Source: Gammaproteobacteria bacterium
GTDB taxonomy: Bacteria > Pseudomonadota > Gammaproteobacteria > Legionellales > Legionellaceae
DNA: 64,000 bases
Direction: 5' to 3'
Assembly (NCBI GenBank): GCA_030147855.1
Contig: JASBUO010000044.1
Span: 1,678 to 65,677 of the forward strand
Below the pieces are notes generated by a model. That model searched no databases and was not told the origin of the DNA. It was given only the letters and a program-made list of their open reading frames with translations. Position 1 is the first letter of the stretch. The number at the start of each line of letters is the position of its first letter. Both the position numbers and the translations under genes were made by a program. Positions 49,444 through 58,821 of this stretch are shown one piece after another.

Positions 49444-50233
49444 CCAGTAACTCCTCTTGATAAGGCCTTGCAGAATAATGAAAAGGCACAACCCCATCCG
49501 CTTCCCCTGACATAAACTGTCGTACATCAGGCTCAGTTGACGCGTGTAATGCTTGTGGCGTACCTTCACCAATCACGCGTCCATCCGCAATTAAATATAC
49601 ATAATCTGCAATTGCACAGGTCTCTTCCACATCGTGAGACACAATAATTGTAGTTAATTGTAATAGTTGGTTTAAGCGCTGAATTAAGCGCACCAAAACC
49701 CCCATCGAAATGGGGTCTTGTCCCGTAAATGGCTCATCATACATCATTAAATCAGGGTCTAATGCGATTGAGCGCGCAAGTGCAACACGACGCGCCATAC
49801 CTCCCGAAAGTTGAGAAGGCATTAAATGAGATGCGCCTCGCAAACCAACTGCCTCTAACTTCATGAGTACAACATGCCGCAGCATATGCTCGTTTAAATC
49901 TGTATGTTCTCTTAATGGAAACGCAACATTTTCAAATACAGACAAATGAGTAAATAAGGCACCATTTTGAAACAAAAGTCCCATATTGCGTCGTGTTATT
50001 GCAAGTTGTGCGTCAGATAAAGCATGAATACTTTGATGTTGAACTAACACCTCTCCTGAGTCTGGTTTTAACATGCCACCAATCAAATGTAATAAGGTGG
50101 TCTTACCACTACCACTTGGCCCCATAATTGCTGTAATTTTCCCACGCTGCACTTCGATATTTATTTGATCGAAAATCAAGCGGTTTTGATGTGAAAACGT
50201 CAGCTGGCTCATCCGAACCCAGGGGTCTTCCAT
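49436..50233 (-). CDS. mlaF: ABC transporter ATP-binding protein MlaF
   Basis: MEDPWVRMSQLTFSHQNRLIFDQINIEVQRGKITAIMGPSGSGKTT, signature LSGGMARRVALAR. Start trimmed to ATG 50233. Confidence 0.9.
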   Translation of the reverse strand: MEDPWVRMSQLTFSHQNRLIFDQINIEVQRGKITAIMGPSGSGKTTLLHLIGGMLKPDSGEVLVQHQSIHALSDAQLAITRRNMGLLFQNGALFTHLSVFENVAFPLREHTDLNEHMLRHVVLMKLEAVGLRGASHLMPSQLSGGMARRVALARSIALDPDLMMYDEPFTGQDPISMGVLVRLIQRLNQLLQLTTIIVSHDVEETCAIADYVYLIADGRVIGEGTPQALHASTEPDVRQFMSGEADGVVPFHYSARPYQEELLDA

Positions 50234-50429
50234 AGACACACACTCCAAAATCAAGATTCCTCTAAGTATACCCAAGATCCGTGGAAATGCGAGTTTCTTA
50301 GATATATAGAATAGATTGCAAAGAGAACCACATACAAGCCCAATATTCAATGAAAAATCATGACAAAATTGAATCACAATAAAACAACAGCACTTCAATT
50401 TAGGAATTGTTGATATTTCCCTCTACTGC

Positions 50430-50456
50430 AGCATCCGGTGGCCTTGATGCTTTTTT
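50430..50456 (+). terminator. orphan intrinsic-terminator-like hairpin in the mlaF-phr intergenic region
   Basis: agcatc (50430-50435) pairs with gatgct (50446-50451), followed by TTTTTTGTTT. No annotated plus-strand gene lies upstream. Confidence 0.35.
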
Positions 50457-50652
50457 GTTTGGATTGTACCTTTATAATTACCTGCTGTTAGAACTAGTAA
50501 AGCATTGGGTAAAAGGATGAGGATTTTGATTCTGGATAGGTCATCAAAGACCGTAGGTACCTAAAAAAGTGGTTTCTGGGCCTTTCAACCAATTGTCAAT
50601 CTGCCTTAGTTTTCAATAAAATGAATCATCCGTATAGATTAAGAGTGTGTTG

Positions 50653-52074
50653 ATGAATATTGTTTGGTTCAGAAGGGATTTACGTGTTGAAGATAATCCT
50701 GCCCTGTTTTATGCAACTCAGGCGCGCCAACCTGTCACAGCCGTCTACATTGCCACACCTTTAACATGGCAATCACATTCAATGGGCACCCCCCAAATGG
50801 AGTGGCTACATGTTCACCTTAAAGAGTTAGAAAGCCAACTCAATCAACTGGGTATTCAACTGATATACAAATGCTGTGATACATTCAATGACTGCAAAAC
50901 ACTACTGCTGTCTATCTGTCAAACATTATCAACAACAACCGTTTACTTTAACAAAGAGTATGAGTGGGATGAACGCCAAAGAGATGAGCATTTGTGTGAG
51001 ATGCTTTCATCACACGGCATTAAAAATAAATCGTTTGACGAGCAGTCCTTAATTCCCCCTGACACTATCAAAAATAACCAGGGGCTACCTTACCGTGTGT
51101 TCACTCCCTTTAGAAAAGCGTCTCTGCTTCATCTTCAAAATAATCCAGAATTACTGCACCCCTTACCTAAACCTAAAAAACAGCAAGCATTGGAATCGGC
51201 CACTATCATCAGTGATCCCTACCTACAGACCAAATTATCTCTGATAACGCCGATCAAGGTTGGCTGTAAAGTGGGCTTGGTGCAATTAGAAAACTTTGTA
51301 CAGCACAAGCTGTCTCACTATGTAGAGCACCGAAATATTCCATCTATTGATGGCACATCGATGTTATCCCCTTATTTAGCCTTAGGCATTCTTTCTGTTC
51401 GTCAATGCACTTCTTTTTTGCTCGATCACTTTAATAGCAATTTTGATAATATTTTATACGATGAAAACGCTTCTACTTGGCTATCCGAATTATTATGGCG
51501 TGATTTTTATAGAATGATTTGTCTCAATTTTCCTGAGGTAAGTCGAGGCATACCCTTCAAACAAGAAACGCTACAGCTCAAATGGGATGATGACGAGAAA
51601 AAATTTACTGCCTGGAAAGAAGGAAAAACCGGCATTCCCATTGTTGATAGCGCAATGAGACAGTTAAATACAACCGGTTGGATGCATAATCGCCTACGTA
51701 TGATTGTCGCGATGTTTCTCACTAAAAACTTATGGCAAGACTGGCGAAAAGGTGAAGCGTACTTTGCTTCAAAACTCATTGACTGGGATTTCTCCTCTAA
51801 TAATGGTGGCTGGCAATGGTGTGCATCTACGGGCAATGATGCTGTGCCTTACTTTAGAGTTTTTAACCCCATTTCACAAAGTGAAAGATTTGATACAAAA
51901 GGGAACTTTATAAAGCATTTCTGTCCCGAGCTAGCAAATCTCGATAGCAAAGCAATTCATGATCCCTTCGAACGAACCAATAAAACCGTTAACTACCCAA
52001 GAAAAATCGTCAACCTGAGTGCATCTCGAAAAACAGCTATTGAGCGCTTTAAAAACCTCAAACAATCCAGCTAG
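50653..52074 (+). CDS. phrB: deoxyribodipyrimidine photolyase (class I CPD photolyase/cryptochrome family)
   Basis: MNIVWFRRDLRVEDNPAL, and the FAD-binding region TGIPIVDSAMRQLNTTGWMHNRLRMIVAMFLTKNL. Confidence 0.9.
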   Translation: MNIVWFRRDLRVEDNPALFYATQARQPVTAVYIATPLTWQSHSMGTPQMEWLHVHLKELESQLNQLGIQLIYKCCDTFNDCKTLLLSICQTLSTTTVYFNKEYEWDERQRDEHLCEMLSSHGIKNKSFDEQSLIPPDTIKNNQGLPYRVFTPFRKASLLHLQNNPELLHPLPKPKKQQALESATIISDPYLQTKLSLITPIKVGCKVGLVQLENFVQHKLSHYVEHRNIPSIDGTSMLSPYLALGILSVRQCTSFLLDHFNSNFDNILYDENASTWLSELLWRDFYRMICLNFPEVSRGIPFKQETLQLKWDDDEKKFTAWKEGKTGIPIVDSAMRQLNTTGWMHNRLRMIVAMFLTKNLWQDWRKGEAYFASKLIDWDFSSNNGGWQWCASTGNDAVPYFRVFNPISQSERFDTKGNFIKHFCPELANLDSKAIHDPFERTNKTVNYPRKIVNLSASRKTAIERFKNLKQSS

Positions 52075-52077
52075 CGC

Positions 52078-52125
52078 GACTCTCATGTATGGACCCTCAG
52101 GGATTACCAATAAATTTCGTTTAGA
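52078..52125. repeat. inverted partial copy (D) of the dispersed intergenic repeat
   Basis: gactctcatgtatggaccctc resembles the reverse complement of 17620-17645. The exact 12-mer catgtatggacc (52084-52095) is the reverse complement of 17624-17635. It starts 4 nt after the phr stop. Confidence 0.35.
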
Positions 52126-52148
52126 GCGACTTTTATTTATGATAGAAT
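52120..52148 (+). promoter_or_regulatory. candidate extended -10 sigma70 promoter of kdsD-kdsC-lptCAB
   Basis: TTTAGA (52120-52125), a 17-nt spacer that ends in TGa, then TAGAAT (52143-52148). It lies 34 nt upstream of the kdsD ATG. Confidence 0.35.
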
Positions 52149-52181
52149 CAAAAACTATATTTTCATCAATTTGAGACCACT

Positions 52182-53144
52182 ATGGACTTTTGCAAATCAG
52201 GCCTGAACGTTGTTGAAAGCGAGGGCGCTGCAGTTTTAGGATTAACACAACAAATCAATGCCGAATTTGAGCAGGCCTGTGCATTATTATTTGCCTGTGA
52301 AGGCCGTGTCATTGTGACGGGTATGGGCAAATCAGGTCATATCGGAAAAAAAATAGCAGCAACATTTGCAAGCACCGGTTCCCCTGCATTTTTTATGCAT
52401 CCGGCAGAAGCAAGTCATGGCGATCTTGGCATGGTGACTGAAAGAGATACCGTGCTGATACTTTCTAACTCCGGTAGCACCAACGAAATTGTTAGCCTGT
52501 TACCGCAGCTTAAACGCTTAGCGGTTCCAATTATTAGTCTAACGGGTAACCCACAATCAACTCTAGCAAAAATTGCCACCGTCAATTTAAACCTTGAGAT
52601 TGCAGCTGAAGCATGCCCACTTAACTTAGCGCCGACAACCAGCACAACACTTGCACTAGTTATGGGGGATGCGCTCGCCATAGCGCTACTCAATGCTCGT
52701 GGTTTCACCGCCAACGACTTTGCCAACGCGCATCCAGGTGGCGCACTCGGCAAACGCCTATTGCTCACTGTTGAAGACCTTTATCAAACAGATGCCGCAT
52801 TGCCACAAGTGAATGAAAACATCACCATTCGTGAAGCACTGATTGAGGTGAACACTAAAAATTTAGGTATGACTTGTGTCGTTGACAATAACCAACGCCT
52901 AACAGGTATCTATACCGATGGCGATATCCGCAGAACATTAATGCAATCACATAACATCGACACCACACCCATCCGAGAAGTAATGACTAAAAACGGTAGA
53001 ACCATTTCCAAAAAAGCACTGGCGGCAGAAGCTTTGGCGCTCATGCAAAAACATAGCATTACGTCTCTTGTCATTGTCAACGAACAGCAAAAGCCTACAG
53101 CAATTTTACACATTCATGATTTACTTCGTGCAGGAGTTATCTAA
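52182..53144 (+). CDS. kdsD: arabinose-5-phosphate isomerase (SIS plus tandem CBS)
   Basis: GRVIVTGMGKSGHIGKKIAATFASTGSPAFFMHPAEASHGDLGM. Confidence 0.9.
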   Translation: MDFCKSGLNVVESEGAAVLGLTQQINAEFEQACALLFACEGRVIVTGMGKSGHIGKKIAATFASTGSPAFFMHPAEASHGDLGMVTERDTVLILSNSGSTNEIVSLLPQLKRLAVPIISLTGNPQSTLAKIATVNLNLEIAAEACPLNLAPTTSTTLALVMGDALAIALLNARGFTANDFANAHPGGALGKRLLLTVEDLYQTDAALPQVNENITIREALIEVNTKNLGMTCVVDNNQRLTGIYTDGDIRRTLMQSHNIDTTPIREVMTKNGRTISKKALAAEALALMQKHSITSLVIVNEQQKPTAILHIHDLLRAGVI

Positions 53145-53146
53145 CC

Positions 53147-53680
53147 ATGTCTAATCAAGCACTCATTGAAAAAATCAATGCAATTCAATGTTTAATCTGT
53201 GATGTCGATGGCGTGCTCACCAATGGTTTTTTATATCTAGACGAAGATGGTAAAGAATCAAAAGCCTTTCACGTACACGACGGTATGGGGCTTAAACTCT
53301 TACACTGTGCGGGCATTGAAGTGGCCGTTATTACAACCACAAACAACGACATTATCGATAAGCGCATGCAACAAATTGGCGTTCGACATTTTTTCAAAGG
53401 ACAAGTTAACAAACAAACAGCCTACGATACACTCAAAGAGCGACTCAATTTGTCTGACAGTGCGTTTGCTTATATCGGAGATGATTTGCCTGATTTGCCA
53501 ATTATACAGCAGGTAGGACTTGGAGTTGCAGTTAGTAGCGCACTTGATCCCGTTAAAAAAGCAGCTGACTGGCAAACACAAAAACCCGGTGGCGGCGGTG
53601 GCGTTCGTGAGCTGTGCGATCTCATTTTAAATACCCAAAACAAAATGGCTACAGCGCTCGATAACTATTTAGGTGGGTAA
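53147..53680 (+). CDS. kdsC: 3-deoxy-D-manno-octulosonate 8-phosphate phosphatase
   Basis: HAD motif I LICDVDGVLTNG, motif III GDDLPDLP, and the C-terminal GGGGVRELCDLIL. Confidence 0.9.
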   Translation: MSNQALIEKINAIQCLICDVDGVLTNGFLYLDEDGKESKAFHVHDGMGLKLLHCAGIEVAVITTTNNDIIDKRMQQIGVRHFFKGQVNKQTAYDTLKERLNLSDSAFAYIGDDLPDLPIIQQVGLGVAVSSALDPVKKAADWQTQKPGGGGGVRELCDLILNTQNKMATALDNYLGG

Positions 53681-53690
53681 ATCAATTCAT

Positions 53691-54257
53691 ATGAACACCA
53701 CCCGAAGTATCACAACCCTTTTTTCATTGCTACTGCTCTTGGCTACAGGCGTTTGGTTCTTTTTAACGAATGCATCGCACATCAAACTTGTCACCCCTAC
53801 CGATATCTCTGAGCATAGATTTACGGCCATTGAAATACAACAATTTGATAAAACAGGGCGTCGTGTTTATCATTTAACAGCACCGTCAAGTTATCATATG
53901 CCAAAGGAAGACACACATCATCTAATCACCCCGCGCATTTTTGTCACTAAAGCAAACCAACCTGCCTGGACTATTCAGGCAAAAACAGCCATCATCACAC
54001 CAAAGGCTGAAGAAATTAAATTTTTAACCAACGTCAATCTTCACCATGCAGCCTACCAAGACCAAGCACCGGGCGTTATAAAGACAGAGGCTTTGAGTTA
54101 TTTCCCGAAGAAAAAATATGCATATACCCCTCTCGACATTACCTGGGACCAAGGCAGTAACCATGTAGAAGCAACCGGTATGCAAGCAGATTTAACCGCT
54201 GAGCATATTGAATTACTTAAAAACATTCGAGGTACTTATAGGCCTAATCATGGTTAA
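53691..54257 (+). CDS. lptC: LPS export system protein LptC
   Basis: Single N-terminal TM (ITTLFSLLLLLATGVWFF), about 190 aa, in the conserved position between kdsC and lptA. ATG 53691 is preferred to the tracked GTG 53673. Confidence 0.7.
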   Translation: MNTTRSITTLFSLLLLLATGVWFFLTNASHIKLVTPTDISEHRFTAIEIQQFDKTGRRVYHLTAPSSYHMPKEDTHHLITPRIFVTKANQPAWTIQAKTAIITPKAEEIKFLTNVNLHHAAYQDQAPGVIKTEALSYFPKKKYAYTPLDITWDQGSNHVEATGMQADLTAEHIELLKNIRGTYRPNHG

Positions 54258-54771
54258 ACTCAAAGCACAACTGTTCTTCATCTTATTTTCTGTAGTCACT
54301 TCTCACCCAGGGTATGCTCTCGGTCGCGACAAAGAAGAAGCGATCCAATTTGAAGCAGGACATGTCACACTCAACCATAAAATAGGCACCGGGAACTATA
54401 CGGGAGGCGTTTCAATAGACCAAGGTAGCTCACATCTACGTGCCCAGTGTGCAACCACCCAGATAGATGAAAAACGCCACTTAACCCTTGCAAGCGCTTT
54501 TGGTTCAGCAGATAAGAAAGCACACTTTTGGACCTTAACCTCACCAGAAAAACCACCTTTACATGCATATGCAAACACCATTCATTATCACCCGCTTACA
54601 CACCAACTTGAACTGATTGGCGATGCGCACATTGTCCAAGGAAAAAATGAGCTCAACGCTTCCCACATTCGTTACGACATCAAAGCAGAGCGCTTTACTA
54701 CAACTGCACAAAATAATAAAGGCACAATCATACTAATTGACCCTAATCAACATCCCGAGAAACAGTTATGA
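54250..54771 (+). CDS. lptA: LPS transport periplasmic protein LptA (OstA-like)
   Basis: Signal peptide [23 protein letters not shown], OstA-like beta-jellyroll sequence, and conserved position. Its ATG overlaps the lptC end (ATGGTTAA). Confidence 0.75.
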   Translation: MVKLKAQLFFILFSVVTSHPGYALGRDKEEAIQFEAGHVTLNHKIGTGNYTGGVSIDQGSSHLRAQCATTQIDEKRHLTLASAFGSADKKAHFWTLTSPEKPPLHAYANTIHYHPLTHQLELIGDAHIVQGKNELNASHIRYDIKAERFTTTAQNNKGTIILIDPNQHPEKQL

Positions 54772-55493
54772 GTGAACTACAAGCGGCCCACTTAAAAAAA
54801 TCATTTAAAAAAAGAACGGTTGTCAATGATGTAAGTATCACTGTTCAACAGGGTGAGTGTGTGGGACTGCTCGGGCCAAATGGTGCTGGAAAAACCACTT
54901 CCTTTTACTTAATTGTAGGGCTTCAAAAATGTGATGCAGGTGATATCATTTTAAACGGCCAAAACATCACGCATCTTCCAATCCACGAACGCGCCAAACT
55001 TGGTATTGGCTATCTCCCTCAAGAAGCATCTATCTTCAGAAAACTCACGGTTGAGGAAAATCTACTGGCCATTTTACAATGTCGAAATGACTTAAAAAAA
55101 GCTGAGCATGCCGATATTGTCGAGCATCTACTCCGAGAGTTCCACGTTTCACACTTAAAAGATCACTTAGGCATGAGCCTTTCGGGCGGTGAGCGTCGCC
55201 GCGTCGAAATTGCAAGAGCCCTTGCTACCGATCCTAAGTTTGTACTACTTGATGAGCCTTTTGCAGGCGTCGACCCTATCTCCGTTCTTGACATCAAAAA
55301 AATGATAACCCACCTCTGTGACCGCAATATTGGCGTACTTATCACCGATCACAACGTACGAGAAACGCTCGACATCTGTGGGCGTGCTTATATTCTTAAT
55401 CAGGGCAAAGTCTTGTGCGAAGGCAGTCCCAAAACTATTCTTGCCAATGAGCAAGCACGCGCCGTTTATTTAGGTGAGGGGTTTGATTTATAA
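54768..55493 (+). CDS. lptB: LPS export ABC transporter ATP-binding protein LptB
   Basis: [34 protein letters not shown], and [13 protein letters not shown]. Confidence 0.95.
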   Translation: MSELQAAHLKKSFKKRTVVNDVSITVQQGECVGLLGPNGAGKTTSFYLIVGLQKCDAGDIILNGQNITHLPIHERAKLGIGYLPQEASIFRKLTVEENLLAILQCRNDLKKAEHADIVEHLLREFHVSHLKDHLGMSLSGGERRRVEIARALATDPKFVLLDEPFAGVDPISVLDIKKMITHLCDRNIGVLITDHNVRETLDICGRAYILNQGKVLCEGSPKTILANEQARAVYLGEGFDL

Positions 55494-55738
55494 CCCCTCC
55501 AAATAACAAGTACCCTCATTCATGTGCTATAGGCAATGCATCAAATGCACTACGCGGCACCATCGGCAAAAACGCATTAGTATTAATATCACTGTATTTG
55601 ATGTCATCAGGTATCACGCCCAGATACTTTGCGTATTGATGCACCTTTTTCCTGTCTCTCTCAACATTTACAAATATACATACCCCTTCAAACAAGATTG
55701 AACTAATCTCTAAATATACTCATAACTGTGTTTAAATA

Positions 55739-56377
55739 ATGAAATTATTTACTAACCGTCGTGATGCAGGCATAGCGCTTTCAAAGAAGCTCAAGCTATA
55801 TGCTAACCAACCTAATCTGATGGTATTAGGGCTACCACGCGGCGGCGTACCTGTTGCTTATGAAGTAGCAAAAGCACTGCATGCACCGCTTGATGTACTC
55901 ATCATTCGAAAAATTGGCGTGCCAGGCCAAGAAGAACTTGCAATGGGCGCCATTGCACAAAATGCCCAATATTTAAATATAGATATTTTACAAAACCTCG
56001 ATATAAAACAAGCAACCATTAATACTATAATACAAACAGAACAATTGGAGCTCGTGCGTAGAGAAGCTCTTTATCGAATAAAGCGTCCTCCACTGCAACT
56101 TTCAGGAAACACTGTGATACTGATCGATGATGGCATTGCAACGGGCGCCACCGTGAAAGTTGCTATTCAAACACTTCGCACACAACGTCCCAAACAACTC
56201 ATTTTAGCAATTCCGGTGGCTGCGGCATCCACGTGTAAACAACTCACACCCCTGGTCGATAAGCTCGTTTGTCTCAAAAAGCCACGTGATTTACAAGCGG
56301 TTGGCCTGTGGTATGAGGATTTTTCTCAAACAACAGATACAGAAGTGATAGACTTAATGTATAATGACCAGCCCTAA
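55739..56377 (+). CDS. phosphoribosyltransferase-fold protein
   Basis: LMVLGLPRGGVPVAYEVAKAL, and the PRPP-binding loop VILIDDGIATGATV. Confidence 0.75.
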   Translation: MKLFTNRRDAGIALSKKLKLYANQPNLMVLGLPRGGVPVAYEVAKALHAPLDVLIIRKIGVPGQEELAMGAIAQNAQYLNIDILQNLDIKQATINTIIQTEQLELVRREALYRIKRPPLQLSGNTVILIDDGIATGATVKVAIQTLRTQRPKQLILAIPVAAASTCKQLTPLVDKLVCLKKPRDLQAVGLWYEDFSQTTDTEVIDLMYNDQP

Positions 56378-56398
56378 GGTCAACGAATGGAGTAAAGT

Positions 56399-57334
56399 AT
56401 GACAAAAAAATCCAACGTTAGCGTTGATTTACTCAAACAAATCGTTGAAACTGCAGAAAAAAATCAAGAAGGTCAAACGGCAAATTATATCCCCGAACTT
56501 GCAAATGTTGATAACGACCTCACTGCCATTGCAGTTCATCCGCTCGGCGGCGAACCTGTCATGTATTGTAACATGCCGCTACCCCGTATTACTTTACAAA
56601 GTACAAGCAAACTCATTCCACTCATCGGTTTGCTCGAAGAATACGGTCCCGAACAAGTATTCGAGTGGGTGCGCGTTGAACCATCAGGCGATGAGTTTGC
56701 ATCTATCACCCGCCTTGAACAATTTGGCCCCAAACCCTCAAACCCCATGCTCAATGCTGGCGCTATTGTATTGTCATCTCATATTCCAGGGGTCGGCGAA
56801 GAGCAGTTTGCGTGGCTTGAAAAATGGGTGAAAATTGTATTTAACCAGCGGCTTGCACTCAATCCGCTGGTATTCGCATCCGAAAAAAGAACGGGCGATC
56901 GCAACCGCTCACTCGCCTACTTATTACATAGCCGCGGCAATCTCGGGAAAGGCGTACAAGAAACCCTGGACTTATATTTTACGTTATGTTCCTATGAAAC
57001 ATCGCTTGAGCAAATGCTATATTTACCGACATTGCTCGCAAATGCAGGCCGTGATCCAAGTACTGGAGATGTCATTATTTCACAAAAAACCTGTAAAATT
57101 ACCTTGGCCATTATGGCAACTTGTGGCTTATATGATGAAAGTGGCACACACCTCGTGCATACAGGAATGCCTGCTAAAAGTGGTGTATCAGGCTATACCA
57201 TTGCAACGGTGCCTGGAAAAGCTGGCATTGCCACCTTAAGCCCACGCGTCAATGCAAAAGGTAACAGCGTCCGCGGTGGTATCATGCTTGAAAAGTTGTC
57301 CAAAGCTATGAATTGGCATTTTGCCCTGCCTTAA
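56399..57334 (+). CDS. glsA: glutaminase A
   Basis: ANYIPELANVD, SxxK-type serine-hydrolase core, and C-terminal GMPAKSGVSGY. Confidence 0.9.
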   Translation: MTKKSNVSVDLLKQIVETAEKNQEGQTANYIPELANVDNDLTAIAVHPLGGEPVMYCNMPLPRITLQSTSKLIPLIGLLEEYGPEQVFEWVRVEPSGDEFASITRLEQFGPKPSNPMLNAGAIVLSSHIPGVGEEQFAWLEKWVKIVFNQRLALNPLVFASEKRTGDRNRSLAYLLHSRGNLGKGVQETLDLYFTLCSYETSLEQMLYLPTLLANAGRDPSTGDVIISQKTCKITLAIMATCGLYDESGTHLVHTGMPAKSGVSGYTIATVPGKAGIATLSPRVNAKGNSVRGGIMLEKLSKAMNWHFALP

Positions 57335-57352
57335 TAATGAAAAAGGATTCAC

Positions 57353-58729
57353 ATGAGCATCAGTTTATTTGATTTATTTTCGGTGGGCATTGGCCCTTCT
57401 AGCTCCCATACCGTAGGCCCAATGCTTGCCGCCAATGCTTTTTTAGAGCAACTCAATGAGCTGGACTGCTTTGAACAAGTAAAACGTGTTAAAACAGAAC
57501 TCTATGGCTCACTCGCACTAACTGGTATCGGGCATGGCACTGATAAAGCGATACTGAATGGCCTTGAAGGCAAAATGCCCGAAACAGTCGACCCAAGCAC
57601 CATGGTGCCACGCATGCAAGCCATTATTGAAGAAAAAACACTACAACTGGGTGGAAAACAAGCGATTTCCTTTGATGCAGCTGCCGATTTACGCTTACTG
57701 CAAAAAGAGAACTTACCCAAACACAGCAATGGCCTGCGGTTCACTGCTTACAATGAACAGAATGACACGCTGCTAAACCAAATATACTACTCCATTGGTG
57801 GCGGCTTTATTGTGACCGATGAAGCCTTCGGACATGAAGCTCCTGAGCAGAACGCGCTTCCCTATCCCTTTGAAACAGCAGAAGCATTGATTAAACACTG
57901 TCAAACCTATCAACTGAGCATTGCTGAGCTTATGCTCAAGAACGAAGAAACCTTTCGCGATAAGAAAAGCATTTATGAAGGCATATTAAAGATCGCACAT
58001 GTCATGAATGCATGTATTGATGCAGGCTGTGAACACACGGGTACCTTGCCAGGCGGCTTACACGTAAAACGTCGTGCGCATGACTTACTGCAAAAATTAA
58101 ATGCCAAACAAGGCATTAAAAGCACCTATGAAGTGTCCGATGTACTCAACCGCTTAAATCTCTATGCAATTGCCGTCAATGAAGAAAATGCAGCCGGAGG
58201 GCGTATTGTAACAGCACCTACCAACGGCGCTGCTGGTATTATCCCCGCCGTTTTTCGCTACATGCAAACAGCACATCAACATGTAAGTGATGAAGACACC
58301 TATACCTACTTCTTAACCGCTGCCGCTATTGGTATTTTATATAAAAAAGGCGCGTCTATTTCGGGTGCTGAAGTAGGATGCCAAGGTGAAATTGGCGTGG
58401 CCTCTTCAATGGCTGCAGGTGCTTTAACCGCTGTGTTAGGTGGCTCAATTGAACAAATTGAAAATGCTGCTGAAATTGCCATGGAACATCACTTAGGTAT
58501 GACCTGCGATCCGGTCATGGGGCTTGTTCAAATTCCGTGTATTGAACGTAATGCAATGGGAGCTGTTAAAGCTGTTAATGCCTCGCGCATGGCACTACTT
58601 GGAAATGGCACTCATTATGTGTCACTTGATAAAGTCATTAAAACCATGCTACAAACAGGTACTGACATGCAAAGTATCTATAAAGAAACCTCTCTTGGCG
58701 GGCTCGCTGTTAATTTCCCAGAGTGTTAA
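57353..58729 (+). CDS. sdaA: L-serine ammonia-lyase (iron-sulfur dependent, single chain)
   Basis: [24 protein letters not shown], and [17 protein letters not shown]. Confidence 0.9.
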   Translation: MSISLFDLFSVGIGPSSSHTVGPMLAANAFLEQLNELDCFEQVKRVKTELYGSLALTGIGHGTDKAILNGLEGKMPETVDPSTMVPRMQAIIEEKTLQLGGKQAISFDAAADLRLLQKENLPKHSNGLRFTAYNEQNDTLLNQIYYSIGGGFIVTDEAFGHEAPEQNALPYPFETAEALIKHCQTYQLSIAELMLKNEETFRDKKSIYEGILKIAHVMNACIDAGCEHTGTLPGGLHVKRRAHDLLQKLNAKQGIKSTYEVSDVLNRLNLYAIAVNEENAAGGRIVTAPTNGAAGIIPAVFRYMQTAHQHVSDEDTYTYFLTAAAIGILYKKGASISGAEVGCQGEIGVASSMAAGALTAVLGGSIEQIENAAEIAMEHHLGMTCDPVMGLVQIPCIERNAMGAVKAVNASRMALLGNGTHYVSLDKVIKTMLQTGTDMQSIYKETSLGGLAVNFPEC

Positions 58730-58746
58730 AAAGGACACTCACCTAT

Positions 58747-58795
58747 GTGATGCTTAGAATGAGCTCGTATTTTAACCTCGAAAAGATGGGACAAG
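58747..58795. repeat. degenerate copy (E) of the dispersed intergenic repeat
   Basis: gaatgag (58757) and tcgaaaagatg (58778) keep the same 21-nt spacing as gaatgag (17513) and tcgaaaaaatg (17534). About 23/37 positions are identical by eye. Confidence 0.3.
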
Positions 58796-58821
58796 TAGGC
58801 GGAATGAAAAGTCAACGGGCC

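Noticed and set aside
49444-50398. Long N-terminal extensions in the ORF track for mlaE (to 49572) and mlaF (to 50398). The same applies to the nif3-like gene (to 45702), mutY (from 27699), metC-like (from 29955), recD2 (to 44870) and lptA (from 54208).
   Set aside because: The extensions are Cys/Leu-rich nonsense, overlap upstream genes or palindromes, and go beyond the well-conserved N-termini of the homologs. Internal ATGs give canonical lengths and stop/start coupling.
56424-57239. Two 134-135-aa plus-strand ORFs in an alternative frame within glsA
   Set aside because: They are out of frame with a clearly identified glutaminase gene, and their translations have no recognisable features.
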